From the human T2T-CHM13v2.0 reference genome, Homo sapiens, in NCBI RefSeq assembly GCF_009914755.1, contig NC_060948.1: a stretch of DNA of 64,000 nucleotides; one strand, given 5' to 3'. The notes under the pieces are model-generated. The model made no database searches. It was not told where the DNA came from and worked only from the letters and a program-made list of their open reading frames with translations. The position numbers were made by a program, and so were the translations under genes. Below, in pieces: positions 1-20,651 of the stretch (its first letter is position 1; every line of letters begins with the position of its first letter).

Positions 1-460
1 TATATTACACATTATATAGTATGTATGTTGTCTATTATGTGATATATATAACTATATATATAATTATATTTTTATACATATAACTAGATAAACATGTAAT
101 TCTACATATTTTCATTTATAAAATGTAGAATTATATAATCATATATAATTATTTATATTCTATAAAAAATTTTATCATTATACAAATTATAATATATAAA
201 AATTATAATATGTACTACAAATATATATATTATATATCATATATGATATAGTACCTTTGTTATATATCATAATACATATAAATGTGTATTATGTTATCTA
301 TAATTATATAATTTCATATATAAGATGTATAATATGTATCATATATTATATATGTTATGTAATATATATAGTATATATAAGATGACACAGGATAAATATT
401 ATATACTATGACATATAAAATATATGAGGTTATATGTTATATATAAGGCATAGCACATAA

Positions 461-775
<315 letters not shown>

Positions 776-1342
776 AGATCCATATTTTTTAAATGAAAAA
801 AAATTTCAAAAGTACTCTGCTTGGTACAATAATCAAATGTATAAACTGAGGAATAAAACATAACCATGAAACCTACTTATAACTGCATATGGAAAATACA
901 GAGGATAATTTTTTAAATAACATATTTTGAAAGCCTTAACTAGTAATTTGAAGAGTTGGCATTTGAAAGGCCAGTATGAATATACCTTCAAAGCAGCAAC
1001 ACAGGTTCCCCATGAGAAAAAGCAAACACAGGGAAAATAAAAACACAAAGGTTCAATCTCTTCTGACCTTTGAAAGACACAGCACAGACAGTGGTCCTTA
1101 GGACGAAGAGCAGGAGACCCCTAATTCCGTCACCATGGCGATAGGGCATAAACATTGCTGGGTGAGGGCACAATCCACATTGTGAGGTCCAACTGCTGCC
1201 AGGAAGACAGGAGTGCTTTTACATAGACCGAAAGGTCATTGAAGGCTCAGAGTTTTGTTTCAAGAACTGAATCCCAAGCCCACACGTTATTAGGCTGCGC
1301 TTCTTAAAACAAGTTATGAGATGGGAAAAAGGGCACCCACAA
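776..1342. repeat. HSATI-like segment of DYZ2 unit 1
   Basis: ~570 bp mixed-composition segment between the Alu 5' end and the AT-rich block. The name comes from known DYZ2 structure; boundaries approximate. Confidence 0.8.
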
Positions 1343-3186
<1,844 letters not shown>

Positions 3187-3753
3187 AGATCCATATTTTT
3201 TAAATGAAAAAAAATTTCAAAGGTACTCTGCTTGGTACAATAATCAAATGTATAAACTGAGGAATAAAACATAACCATGAAACCTACTTATAACTGCATA
3301 TGGAAAATACAGAGGATAATTTTTTAAATAACATATTTTGAAAGCCTTAACTAGTAATTTGAAGAGTTGGCATTTGAAAGGCCAGTATGAATATACCTTC
3401 AAAGCAGCAACACAGGTTCCCCATGAGAAAAAGCAAACACAGGGAAAATAAAAACACAAAGGTTCAATCTCTTCTGACCTTTGAAAGACACAGCACAGAC
3501 AGTGGTCCTTAGGACGAAGAGCAGGAGACCCCTAATTCCGTCACCATGGCGATAGGGCATAAACATTGCTGGGTGAGGGCACAATCCACATTGTGAGGTC
3601 CAACTGCTGCCAGGAAGACAGGAGTGCTTTTACATAGACCGAAAGGTCATTGAAGGCTCAGAGTTTTGTTTCAAGAACTGAATCCCAAGCCCACACGTTA
3701 TTAGGCTGCGCTTCTTAAAACAAGTTATGAGATGGGAAAAAGGGCACCCACAA
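3187..3753. repeat. HSATI-like segment, unit 2
   Basis: Copy of 776-1342. Confidence 0.8.
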
Positions 3754-5284
3754 ACATACGTATACATTATGTATATAATAATATACAGTATCATATATAT
3801 AATATATATAACCTATGTATAATATTGTTTTACATCCTGCATCTTATGTTATATATATTGTATAAAATATAATAATTGATAATATATAAGTTTTATAATT
3901 ATACAATATGACATATAGTATATATTATAATTTATGACATATATAATATATGTTATATATCATATATAGAATATATTATACGGTTAATATACGTATTAAA
4001 TATAAATTATACATTATATATATTATATATAATATATCTGTTATATATAATACCCATTATGCATAATATATATATTATGTCTATGTTATATATAGTATAA
4101 AACAACATATAATAATATATAATTGTATATATAAAATGCGACATATAATATATATTATATTTTATAACATATGTAATATATATTATATATAATACGTTGT
4201 ATGTATAATACCTATATTAAATATATATTATATGACTATGTTATTAATTACATGTCACATGTGTTATATATTATATATTTTACATAGAATATACCGGTTA
4301 CATACAATATATACTATGTTACCTATAATGTATAATTTATTACATGTAAAATAAAGAATGCAATATATTATGTAAAATTTATAATATACAATATGTGGAA
4401 TGTGATATATATAACATATAATATATGATATATGATATACAGTATATGATATATAACATACAATATATGATTCCTAATATATATCGTATACAATATATAT
4501 TTTATGATATGTATTCTATATGTTTTATATTCTGTTATATTTAACTATTTGAAATTATATATAACTGTATAATATTTTATGTAAATATGTAATATAATAT
4601 ATATAACTATATAATATATTATATATAACTATATATTATGTTATATATACTTTTATAACATAATTTACATAAAATATCATAATATAATATATATTATATT
4701 ATTTCATATTACATAATATATATTACATATCACCCAATATAACTAACATACATAATATTATAATATAGATTATATTGTGTTATATTAAATATCATATATA
4801 TCATGTATCATATATTCTATAATATATATTACACATTATATAGTATGTATGTTGTCTATTATGTGATATATATAACTATATATATAATTATATTTTTATA
4901 CATATAACTAGATAAACATGTAATTCTACATATTTTCATTTATAATATGTAGAATTATATAATCATATATAATTATTTATATTCTATAAAAAATTTTATC
5001 ATTATATAAATTATAATATATAAAAATTATAATATGTACTACAAATATATATATTATATATCATATATGATATAGTACCTTTGTTATATATCATAATACA
5101 TATAAATGTGTATTATGTTATCTATAATTATATAATTTCATATATAAGATGTATAATATGTATCATATATTATATATGTTATGTAATATATATAGTATAT
5201 ATAAGATGACACAGGATAAATATTATATACTATGACATATTAAATATATGAGGTTATATGTTACATATAAGGCATAGCACATAA

Positions 5285-5599
<315 letters not shown>

Positions 5600-6166
5600 A
5601 GATCCATATTTTTTAAATGAAAAAAAATTTCAAAGGTACTCTGCTTGGTACAATAATCAAATGTATAAACTGAGGAATAAAACATAACCATGAAACCTAC
5701 TTATAACTGCATATGGAAAATACAGAGGATAATTTTTTAAATAACATATTTTGAAAGCCTTAACTAGTAATTTGAAGAGTTGGCATTTGAAAGGCCAGTA
5801 TGAATATACCTTCAAAGCAGCAACACAGGTTCCCCATGAGAAAAAGCAAACACAGGGAAAATAAAAACACAAAGGTTCAATCTCTTCTGACCTTTGAAAG
5901 ACACAGCACAGACAGTGGTCCTTAGGACGAAGAGCAGGAGACCCCTAATTCCGTCACCATGGCGATAGGGCATAAACATTGCTGGGTGAGGGCACAATCC
6001 ACATTGTGAGGTCCAACTGCTGCCAGGAAGACAGGAGTGCTTTTACATAGACCGAAAGGTCATTGAAGGCTCAGAGTTTTGTTTCAAGAACTGAATCCCA
6101 AGCCCACACGTTATTAGGCTGCGCTTCTTAAAACAAGTTATGAGATGGGAAAAAGGGCACCCACAA
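5600..6166. repeat. HSATI-like segment, unit 3
   Basis: Copy of 776-1342. Confidence 0.8.
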
Positions 6167-7697
6167 ACATACGTATACATTATGTATATAATAATATACA
6201 GTATCATATATATAATATATATAACCTATGTATAATATTGTTTTACATCCTGCATCTTATGTTATATATATTGTATAAAATATAATAATTGATAATATAT
6301 AAGTTTTATAATTATACAATATGACATATAGTATATATTATAATTTATGACATATATAATATATGTTATATATCATATATAGAATATGTTATACGGTTAA
6401 TATACGTATTAAATATAAATTATACATTATATATATTATATATAATATATCTGTTATATATAATACCCATTATGCATAATATATATATTATGTCTATGTT
6501 ATATATAGTATAAAACAACATATAATAATATATAATTGTATATATAAAATGCGACATATAATATATATTATATTTTATAACATATGTAATATATGTTATA
6601 TATAATACGTTGTATGTATAATACCTATATTAAATATATATTATATGACTATGTTATTAATTACATGTCACATGTGTTATATATTATATATTTTACATAG
6701 AATATACCGGTTACATACAATATATACTATGTTACCTATAATGTATAATTTATTACAAGTAAAATAAAGAATGCAATATATTATGTATAATTTATAATAT
6801 ACCATATGTGGAATGTGATATATATAACATATAATATATGATATATGATATACAGTATATGATATATAACATACAATATGTGATTCCTAATATATATGGT
6901 ATACAATATATATTTTATGATATGTATTCTATATGTTTTATATTCTGTTATATATAACTATTTGAAATTAGATATAACTGTATAATATTTTATGTAAATA
7001 TGTAATATAATATATATAACTATATAATATATTATATATAACTATATATTATGTTATATATACTTTTATAACATAATTTACATAAAATATCATAATATAA
7101 TATATATTATATTATTTCATATTACATAATATATATTACATATCACCCAATATAACTAACATACATAATATTATAATATAGATTATATTGTGTTATATTA
7201 AATATCATATATATCATGTATCATATATTCTATAATATATATTACACATTATATAATATGTATGTTGTCTATTATGTGATATATACAACTATATATATAA
7301 TTATATTTTTATACATATAACTAGATAAACATGTAATTCTACATATTTTCATTTATAATATGTAGAATTATATAATCATATATAATTATTTATATTCTAT
7401 AAAAAATTTTATCATTATATAAATTAAAATATATAAAAATTATAATATGTACTACAAATATATATATTATATATCATATATGATATAGTACCTTTGTTAT
7501 ATATCATAATACATATAAATGTGTATTATGTTATCTATAATTATATAATTTCATATATAAGATGTATAATATGTATCATATATTATATATGTTATGTAAT
7601 ATATATAGTATATATCAGATGACACAGGATAAATATTATATACTATGACATATTAAATATATGAGGTTATATGTTACATATAAGGCATAGCACATAA

Positions 7698-8011
<314 letters not shown>

Positions 8012-8578
8012 AGATCCATATTTTTTAAATGAAAAAAAATTTCAAAGGTACTCTGCTTGGTACAATAATCAAATGTATAAACTGAGGAATAAAACATAAC
8101 CATGAAACCTACTTATAACTGCATATGGAAAATACAGAGGATAATTTTTTAAATAACATATTTTGAAATCCTTAACTAGTAATTTGAAGAGTTGGCATTT
8201 GAAAGGCCAGTATGAATATACCTTCAAAGCAGCAACACAGGTTCCCCATGAGAAAAAGCAAACACAGGGAAAATAAAAACACAAAGGTTCAATCTCTTCT
8301 GACCTTTGAAAGACACAGCACAGACAGTGGTCCTTAGGACGAAGAGCAGGAGACCCCTAATTCCGTCACCATGGCGATAGGGCATAAACATTGCTGGGTG
8401 AGGGCACAATCCACATTGTGAGGTCCAACTGCTGCCAGGAAGACAGGAGTGCTTTTACATAGACCGAAAGGTCATTGAAGGCTCAGAGTTTTGTTTCAAG
8501 AACTGAATCCCAAGCCCACACGTTATTAGGCTGCGCTTCTTAAAACAAGTTATGAGATGGGAAAAAGGGCACCCACAA
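8012..8578. repeat. HSATI-like segment, unit 4
   Basis: Copy of 776-1342. Confidence 0.8.
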
Positions 8579-10111
8579 ACATACGTATACATTATGTATA
8601 TAATAATATACAGTATCATATATATAATATATATAACCTATGTATAATATTGTTTTACATCCTGCATCTTATGTTATATATATTGTATAAAATATAATAA
8701 TTGATAATATATAAGTTTTATAATTATACAATATGACATATAGTATATATTATAATTTATGACATATATAATATATGTTATATATCATATATAGAATATA
8801 TTATACGGTTAATATACGTATTAAATATAAATTATACATTATATATATTATATATAATATATCTGTTATATATAATACCCATTATGCATAATATATATAT
8901 TATGTCTATGTTATATATAGTATAAAACAACATATAATAATATATAATTGTATATAGAAAACGCGACATATAATATATATTATATTTTATGACATATGTA
9001 ATATATATTATATAAAATACGTTGTATGTATAATACCTATATTAAATATATATTATATGACTATGTTATTAATTACATGTCACATGTGTTATATATTATA
9101 TATTTTACATAGAATATACCGGTTACATACAATATATACTATGTTACCTATAATGTATAATTTATTACATGTAAAATAAAGAATGCAATATATTATGTAA
9201 AATTTATAATATACAATATGTGGAATGTGATATATATAACATATAATATATGATATATGATATACAGTATATGATATATAACATACAATATATGATTCCT
9301 AATATATATGGTATACAATATATATTTTATGATATGTATTCTATAAGTTTTATATTCTGTTATATATAACTATTTGAAATTATATATAACTGTATAATAT
9401 TTTATGTAAATATGTAATATAATATATATAACTATATAATATATTATATATAACTATATATTATGTTATATATACTTTTATAACATAATTTACATAAAAT
9501 ATCATAATATAATATATATTATATTATTTCATATTACATAATATATATTACATATCACCCAATATAACTAACATACATAATATTATAATATAGATTATAT
9601 TATGTTATATTAAATATCATATATATCATGTATCATATATTCTATAATATATATTACACATTATATAATATGTATGTTGTCTATTATGTGATATATATAA
9701 CTATATATATAATTATATTTTTATACATATAACTAGATAAACATGTAATTCTACATATTTTCATTTATAATATGTAGAATTATATAATCATATATAATTA
9801 TTTATATTCTATAAAAAATTTTATCATTATATAAATTATAATATATAAAAATTATAATATGTACTACAAATATATATATATTATATATCATATATGATAT
9901 AGTACCTTTGTTATATATCATAATATATATAAATGTGTATTATGTTATCTATAATTATATAATTTCATATATAAGATGTATAATATGTATCATATATTAT
10001 ATATGTTATGTAATATATATAGTATATATAAGATGACACAGGATAAATATTATATACTATGACATATAAAATATATGAGGTTATATGTTACATATAAGGC
10101 ATAGCACATAA

Positions 10112-10426
<315 letters not shown>

Positions 10427-10993
10427 AGATCCATATTTTTTAAATGAAAAAAAATTTCAAAGGTACTCTGCTTGGTACAATAATCAAATGTATAAACTGA
10501 GGAATAAAACATAACCATGAAACCTACTTATAACTGCATATGGAAAATACAGAGGATAATTTTTTAAATAACGTATTTTGAAAGCCTTAACTAGTAATTT
10601 GAAGAGTTGGCATTTGAAAGGCCAGTATGAATATACCTTCAAAGCAGCAACACAGGTTCCCCATGAGAAAAAGCAAACACAGGGAAAATAAAAACACAAA
10701 GGTTCAATCTCTTCTGACCTTTGAAAGACACAGCACAGACAGTGGTCCTTAGGACGAAGAGCAGGAGACCCCTAATTCCGTCACCATGGCGATAGGGCAT
10801 AAACATTGCTGGGTGAGGGCACAATCCACATTGTGAGGTCCAACTGCTGCCAGGAAGACAGGAGTGCTTTTACATAGACCGAAAGGTCATTGAAGGCTCA
10901 GAGTTTTGTTTCAAGAACTGAATCCCAAGCCCACACGTTATTAGGCTGCGCTTCTTAAAACAAGTTATGAGATGGGAAAAAGGGCACCCACAA
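10427..10993. repeat. HSATI-like segment, unit 5
   Basis: Copy of 776-1342. Confidence 0.8.
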
Positions 10994-12524
10994 ACATACG
11001 TATACATTATGTATATAATAATATACAGTATCATATATATAATATATATAACCTATGTATAATATTGTTTTACATCCTGCATCCTATGTTATATATATTG
11101 TATAAAATATAATAATTGATAATATATAAGTTTTATAATTATACAATATGACATATAGTATATATTATAATTTATGACATATATAATATATGTTATATAT
11201 CATATATAGAATATATTATACGGTTAATATACGTATTAAATATAAATTATACATTATATATATTATATATAATATATCTGTTATATATAATACCCATTAT
11301 GCATAATATATATATTATGTCTATGTTATATATAGTATAAAACAACATATAATAATATATAATTGTATATATAAAATGCGACATATATTATATATTATAT
11401 TTTATAACATATGTAATATATATTATATATAATACGTTGTATGTATAATACCTATATTAAATATATATTATATGACTATGTTATTAATTACATGTCACAT
11501 GTGTTATATATTATATATTTTACATAGAATATACCGGTTACATACAATATATACTATGTTACCTATAATGTATAATTTATTACATGTAAAATAAAGAATG
11601 CAATATATTATGTAAAATTTATAATATACAATATGTGGAATGTGATATATATAACATATAATATATGATATATGATATACAGTATATGATATATAACATA
11701 CAATATATGATTCCTAATATATATGGTATACAATATATATTTTATGATATGTATTCTATATGTTTTATATTCTGTTATATTTAACTATTTGAAATTATAT
11801 ATAACTGTATAATATTTTATGTAAATATGTAATATAATATATATAACTATATAATATATTATATATAACTATATATTATGTTATATATACTTTTATAACA
11901 TAATTTACATAAAATATCATAATATAATATATATTATATTATTTCATATTACATAATATATATTACATATCACCCAATATAACTAACATACATAATATTA
12001 TAATATAGATTATATTGTGTTATATTAAATATCATATATATCATGTATCATATATTCTATAATATATATTACACATTATATAATATGTATGTTGTCTATT
12101 ATGTGATATATATAACTATATATATAATTATATTTTTATACATATAACTAGATAAACATGTAATTCTACATATTTTCATTTATAATATGTAGAATTATAT
12201 AATCATATATAATTATTTATATTCTATAAAAAATTTTATCATTATATAAATTATAATATATAAAAATTATAATATGTACTACAAATATATATATTATATA
12301 TCATATATGATATAGTACCTTTGTTATATATCATAATACATATAAATGTGTATTATGTTATCTATAATTATATAATTTCATATATAAGATGTATAATATG
12401 TATCATATATTATATATGTTATGTAATATATATAGTATATATAAGATGACACAGGATAAATATTATATACTATGACATATTAAATATATGAGGTTATATG
12501 TTACATATAAGGCATAGCACATAA

Positions 12525-12839
<315 letters not shown>

Positions 12840-13406
12840 AGATCCATATTTTTTAAATGAAAAAAAATTTCAAAGGTACTCTGCTTGGTACAATAATCAA
12901 ATGTATAAACTGAGGAATAAAACATAACCATGAAACCTACTTATAACTGCATATGGAAAATACAGAGGATAATTTTTTAAATAACATATTTTGAAAGCCT
13001 TAACTAGTAATTTGAAGAGTTGGCATTTGAAAGGCCAGTATGAATATACCTTCAAAGCAGCAACACAGGTTCCCCATGAGAAAAAGCAAACACAGGGAAA
13101 ATAAAAACACAAAGGTTCAATCTCTTCTGACCTTTGAAAGACACAGCACAGACAGTGGTCCTTAGGACGAAGAGCAGGAGACCCCTAATTCCGTCACCAT
13201 GGCGATAGGGCATAAACATTGCTGGGTGAGGGCACAATCCACATTGTGAGGTCCAACTGCTGCCAGGAAGACAGGAGTGCTTTTACATAGACCGAAAGGT
13301 CATTGAAGGCTCAGAGTTTTGTTTCAAGAACTGAATCCCAAGCCCACACGTTATTAGGCTGCGCTTCTTAAAACAAGTTATGAGATGGGAAAAAGGGCAC
13401 CCACAA
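12840..13406. repeat. HSATI-like segment, unit 6
   Basis: Copy of 776-1342. Confidence 0.8.
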
Positions 13407-14937
13407 ACATACGTATACATTATGTATATAATAATATACAGTATCATATATATAATATATATAACCTATGTATAATATTGTTTTACATCCTGCATCTTAT
13501 GTTATATATATTGTATAAAATATAATAATTGATAATATATAAGTTTTATAATTATACAATATGACATATAGTATATATTATAATTTATGACATATATAAT
13601 ATATGTTATATATCATATATAGAATATATTATACGGTTAATATACGTATTAAATATAAATTATACATTATATATATTATATATAATATATCTGTTATATA
13701 TAATACCCATTATGCATAATATATATATTATGTCTATGTTATATATAGTATAAAACAACATATAATAATATATAATTGTATATATAAAATGCGACATATA
13801 ATATATATTATATTTTATAACATATGTAATATATATTATATATAATACGTTGTATGTATAATACCTATATTAAATATATATTATATGACTATGTTATTAA
13901 TTACATGTCACATGTGTTATATATTATATATTTTACATAGAATATACCGGTTACATACAATATATACTATGTTACCTATAATGTATAATTTATTACATGT
14001 AAAATAAAGAATGCAATATATTATGTAAAATTTATAATATACAATATGTGGAATGTGATATATATAACATATAATATATGATATATGATATACAGTATAT
14101 GATATATAACATACAATATATGATTCCTAATATATATCGTATACAATATATATTTTATGATATGTATTCTATATGTTTTATATTCTGTTATAATTAACTA
14201 TTTGAAATTATATATAACTGTATAATATTTTATGTAAATATGTAATATAATATATATAACTATATAATATATTATATATAACTATATATTATGTTATATA
14301 TACTTTTATAACATAATTTACATAAAATATCATAATATAATATATATTATATTATTTCATATTACATAATATATATTACATATCACCCAATATAACTAAC
14401 ATACATAATATTATAATATAGATTATATTGTGTTATATTAAATATCATATATATCATGTATCATATATTCTATAATATATATTACACATTATATAATATG
14501 TATGTTGTCTATTATTTGATATATATAACTATATATATAATTATATTTTTGTACATATAACTAGATAAACATGTAATTCTACATATTTTCATTTATAATA
14601 TGTAGAATTATATAATCATATATAATTATTTATATTCTATAAAAAATTTTATCATTATATAAATTATAATATATAAAAATTATAATATGTACTACAAATA
14701 TATATATTATATATCATATATGATATAGTACCTTTGTTATATATCATAATACATATAAATGTGTATTCTGTTATCTATAATTATATAATTTCATATATAA
14801 GATGTATAATATGTATCATATATTATATATGTTATGTAATATATATAGTATATATAAGATGACACAGGATAAATATTATATACTATGACATATTAAATAT
14901 ATGAGGTTATATGTTACATATAAGGCATAGCACATAA

Positions 14938-15252
<315 letters not shown>

Positions 15253-15819
15253 AGATCCATATTTTTTAAATGAAAAAAAATTTCAAAGGTACTCTGCTTG
15301 GTACAATAATCAAATGTATAAACTGAGGAATAAAACATAACCATGAAACCTACTTATAACTGCATATGGAAAATACAGAGGATAATTTTTTAAATAACAT
15401 ATTTTGAAAGCCTTAACTAGTAATTTGAAGAGTTGGCATTTGAAAGGCCAGTATGAATATACCTTCAAAGCAGCAACACAGGTTCCCCATGAGAAAAAGC
15501 AAACACAGGGAAAATAAAAACACAAAGGTTCAATCTCTTCTGACCTTTGAAAGACACAGCACAGACAGTGGTCCTTAGGACGAAGAGCAGGAGACCCCTA
15601 ATTCCGTCACCATGGCGATAGGGCATAAACATTGCTGGGTGAGGGCACAATCCACATTGTGAGGTCCAACTGCTGCCAGGAAGACAGGAGTGCTTTTACA
15701 TAGACCGAAAGGTCATTGAAGGCTCAGAGTTTTGTTTCAAGAACTGAATCCCAAGCCCACACGTTATTAGGCTGCGCTTCTTAAAACAAGTTATGAGATG
15801 GGAAAAAGGGCACCCACAA
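15253..15819. repeat. HSATI-like segment, unit 7
   Basis: Copy of 776-1342. Confidence 0.8.
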
Positions 15820-17350
15820 ACATACGTATACATTATGTATATAATAATATACAGTATCATATATATAATATATATAACCTATGTATAATATTGTTTTACA
15901 TCCTGCATCTTATGTTATATATATTGTATAAAATATAATAATTGATAATATATAAGTTTTATAATTATACAATATGACATATAGTATATATTATAATTTA
16001 TGACATATATAATATATGTTATATATCATATATAGAATATATTATACGGTTAATATACGTATTAAATATAAATTATACATTATATATATTATATATAATA
16101 TATCTGTTATATATAATATCCATTATGCATAATATATATATTTTGTCTATGTTATATATAGTATAAAACAACATATAATAATGTATAATTGTATATATAA
16201 AATGCGACATATAATATATATTATATTTTATAACATATATATTATATATTATATATAATACGTTGTATGTATAATACCTATATTAAATATATATTATATG
16301 ACTATGTTATTAATTACATGTCACATGTGTTATATATTATATATTTTACATAGAATATACCGGTTACATACAATATATACTATGTTACCTATAATGTATA
16401 ATTTATTACATGTAAAATAAAGAATGCAATATATTATGTAAAATTTATAATATACCATATGTGGAATGTGATATATATAACATATAATATATGATATATG
16501 ATATACAGTATATGATATATAACATACAATATATGATTCCTAATATATATGGTATACAATATGTATTTTATGGTATGTATTCTATATGTTTTATATTCTG
16601 TTATATATAACTATTTGAAATTATATATAACTGTATAATATTTTATGTAAATATGTAATATAATATATATAACTATATAATATATTATATATAACTATAT
16701 ATTATGTTATATATACTTTTATAACATAATTTACATAAAATATCATAATATAATATATATTATATTATTTCATATTACATAATATATATTACATATCACC
16801 CAATATAACTAACATACATAATATTATAATATAGATTATATTGTGTTATATTAAATATCATATATATCATGTATCATATATTCTATAATATATATTACAC
16901 ATTATATAATATGTATGTTGTCTATTATGTGATATATATAACTATATATATAATTATATTTTTATACATATAACTAGATAAACATGTAATTCTACATATT
17001 TTCATTTATAATATGTAGAATTATATAATCATATATATTTATTTATATTCTATAAAAAATTTTATCATTATATAAATTATAATATATAAAAATTATAATA
17101 TGTACTACAAATATATATATTATATATCATATATGATATAGTACCTTTGTTATATATCTTAGTACATATAAATGTGTATTATGTTATCTATAATTATATA
17201 ATTTCATATATAAGATGTATAATATGTATCATATATTATATATGTTATGTACTATATGTAGTATATATAAGATGACACAGGATAAATATTATATACTATG
17301 ACATATAAAATATATCAGGTTATATGTTACATATAAGGCATAGCACATAA

Positions 17351-17665
<315 letters not shown>

Positions 17666-18232
17666 AGATCCATATTTTTTAAATGAAAAAAAATTTCAAA
17701 GGTACTCTGCTTGGTACAATAATCAAATGTATAAACTGAGGAATAAAACATAACCATGAAACCTACTTATAACTGCATATGGAAAATACAGAGGATAATT
17801 TTTTAAATAACATATTTTGAAAGCCTTAACTAGTAATTTGAAGAGTTGGCGTTTGACAGGGCAGTATGAATATACCTTCAAATCAGCAACACAGGTTCCC
17901 CATGAGAAAAAGCAAACACAGGGAAAATAAAAACACAAAGGTTCAATCTCTTCTGACCTTTGAAAGACACAGCACAGACAGTGGTCCTTAGGACGAAGAG
18001 CAGGAGACCCCTAATTCCGTCACCATGGCGATAGGGCATAAACATTGCTGGGTGAGGGCACAATCCACATTGTGAGGTCCAACTGCTGCCAGGAAGACAG
18101 GAGTGCTTTTACATAGACCGAAAGGTCATTGAAGGCTCAGAGTTTTGTTTCAAGAACTGAATCCCAAGCCCACACGTTATTAGGCTGCGCTTCTTAAAAC
18201 AAGTTATGAGATGGGAAAAAGGGCACCCACAA
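17666..18232. repeat. HSATI-like segment, unit 8
   Basis: Copy of 776-1342 with clustered substitutions at 17851-17883. Confidence 0.8.
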
Positions 18233-19793
18233 ACATACGTATACATTATGTATATAATAATATACAGTGTCATATATATAATATATATAACCTATGTATA
18301 ATATTGTTTTACATCCTGCATCTTATGTTATATATATTGTATAAAATATAATAATTGATAATATATAAGTTTTATAATTATACAATATGACATATAGTAT
18401 ATATTATAATTTATGACATATATAATATATGTTATATGTCATATATAGAATATATTATACGGTTAATATACGTATTAAATATAAATTATACATTATATAT
18501 ATTATATATAATATATCTGTTATATATAATACCCATTATGCATAATATATATATTATGTCTATGTTATATATAGTATAAAACAACATATAATAATATATA
18601 ATTGTATATATAAAATGCGACATATAATATATATTATATTTTATAACATATGTAATATATATTATATATTATATATAATACGTTGTATGTATAATACCTA
18701 TATTAAATATATATTATATGACTATGTTATTAATTACATGTCACATGTGTTATATATTATATATTTTACATAGAATATACCGGTTACATACAATATATAC
18801 TATGTTACCTATAATGTATAATTTATTACATGTAAAATAAAGAATGCAATATATTATGTACAATTTATAATATACAATATGTGGAATGTGATATATATAA
18901 CATATAATATATGATATATGATATACAGTATATGATATATAACATACAATATATGATTCCTAATATATATGGTATACAATATATATTTTATGATATGTAT
19001 TCTATATGTTTTATATTCTGTTATATATAACTATTTGAAATTATAAATAACTGTATAATATTTTATGTAAATATGTAATAGAATATATATAAATATATAA
19101 TATATTATATATAACTATATATTATGTTATATATACTTTTATAACATAATTTACATAAAATATCATAATATAATATATATTATATTATTTCATATTACAT
19201 AATATATATTACATATCACCCAATATAACTAACATACATAATATTATAATATAGATTATATTGTGTTATATTAAATATCATATATATCATGTATCATATA
19301 TTCTATAATATATATTACACATTATATAATATGTATGTTGTCTATTATGTGATATATATAACTATATATATAATTATATTTTTATACATATAACTAGATA
19401 AACATGTAATTCTACATATTTTCATTTATAATATGTAGAATTATATAATCATATATAATTATTTATATTCTATAAAAAATTTTATCATTATATAAATTAT
19501 AATATATAAAAATTATAATATGTACTACAAATATATATATTATACATCATATATGATATAGTACTTTTGTTATATATCATAATACATATAAATGTGTATT
19601 ATGTTATCTATAATTATATAATTTCATATATAAGATGTATAATATGTATCATATATTATATATGTTATGTAATATATATAGTATATATAAGATGACACAG
19701 GATAAATATTATATACTATGACATATAAAATATATGAGGTTATATGTTACATATAAGGCATAGCACATAACATGTAATATGTATCATATATAA

Positions 19794-20084
19794 TTTTTTT
19801 TAGACAGAATCTTGTCCTGTTGCACAGGGTGGGGTACAATGGCGCCATCTTTGCTCACTGCAACTTCTGCCTCACGGGTCCAAGCGATTGTCCTCCCTCA
19901 GCCTCCCAGGTAGCTGGGACTACACCACACTGGGACTACACCAGCTGCCACCATGCCTAGCTAATTTTTTGGATTTTTAGTAGTGACAGCGTTTCACTGT
20001 ATTGGCCAGGATGGTCTTGATCTCTTCACCTTGTGATCCCCTTGCCTTGGCCTCCAAATTTGCTGGGATTACAGGCCTGAGCCA
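19794..20084 (-). mobile_element. Alu, DYZ2 unit 9
   Basis: Copy of 484-775 with T8 tail. Confidence 0.96.
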
Positions 20085-20651
20085 AGATCCATATTTTGTA
20101 AATGAAAAAAAATTTCAAAGGTACTCTGCTTGGTACAATAATCAAATGTATAAACTGAGGAATAAAACATAACCATGAAACCTACTTATAACTGCATATG
20201 GAAAATACAGAGGATAATTTTTTAAATAACATATTTTGAAAGCCTTAACTAGTAATTTGAAGAGTTGGCATTTGAAAGGCCAGTATGAATATACCTTCAA
20301 AGCAGCAACACAGGTTCCCCATGAGAAAAAGCAAACACAGGGAAAATAAAAACACAAAGGTTCAATGTCTTCTGACCTTTGAAAGACACAGCACAGACAG
20401 TGGTCCTTAGGACGAAGAGCAGGAGACCCCTAATTCCGTCACCATGGCGATAGGGCATAAACATTGCTGGGTGAGGGCACAATCCACATTGTGAGGTCCA
20501 ACTGCTGCCAGGAAGGCAGGAGTGCTTTTACATAGAACGAAAGGTCATTGAAGGCTCAGAGTTTTGTTTCAAGAACTGAATCCCAAGCCCACACGATATT
20601 ACGCTGCGCTTCTTAAAACAAGTTCTGAGATGGGAAAAAGGGCACCCACAA
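20085..20651. repeat. HSATI-like segment, unit 9 (divergence begins)
   Basis: Copy of 776-1342; substitutions become frequent from ~20367. Confidence 0.8.

Noticed and set aside
962-1184. Short hairpins in HSATI (TTTGAA..TTCAAA, CAAAGGT..ACCTTTG, CACAAT..ATTGTG)
   Set aside because: Stems of 6-8 bp are expected by chance and there is no covariation evidence for a structured RNA.
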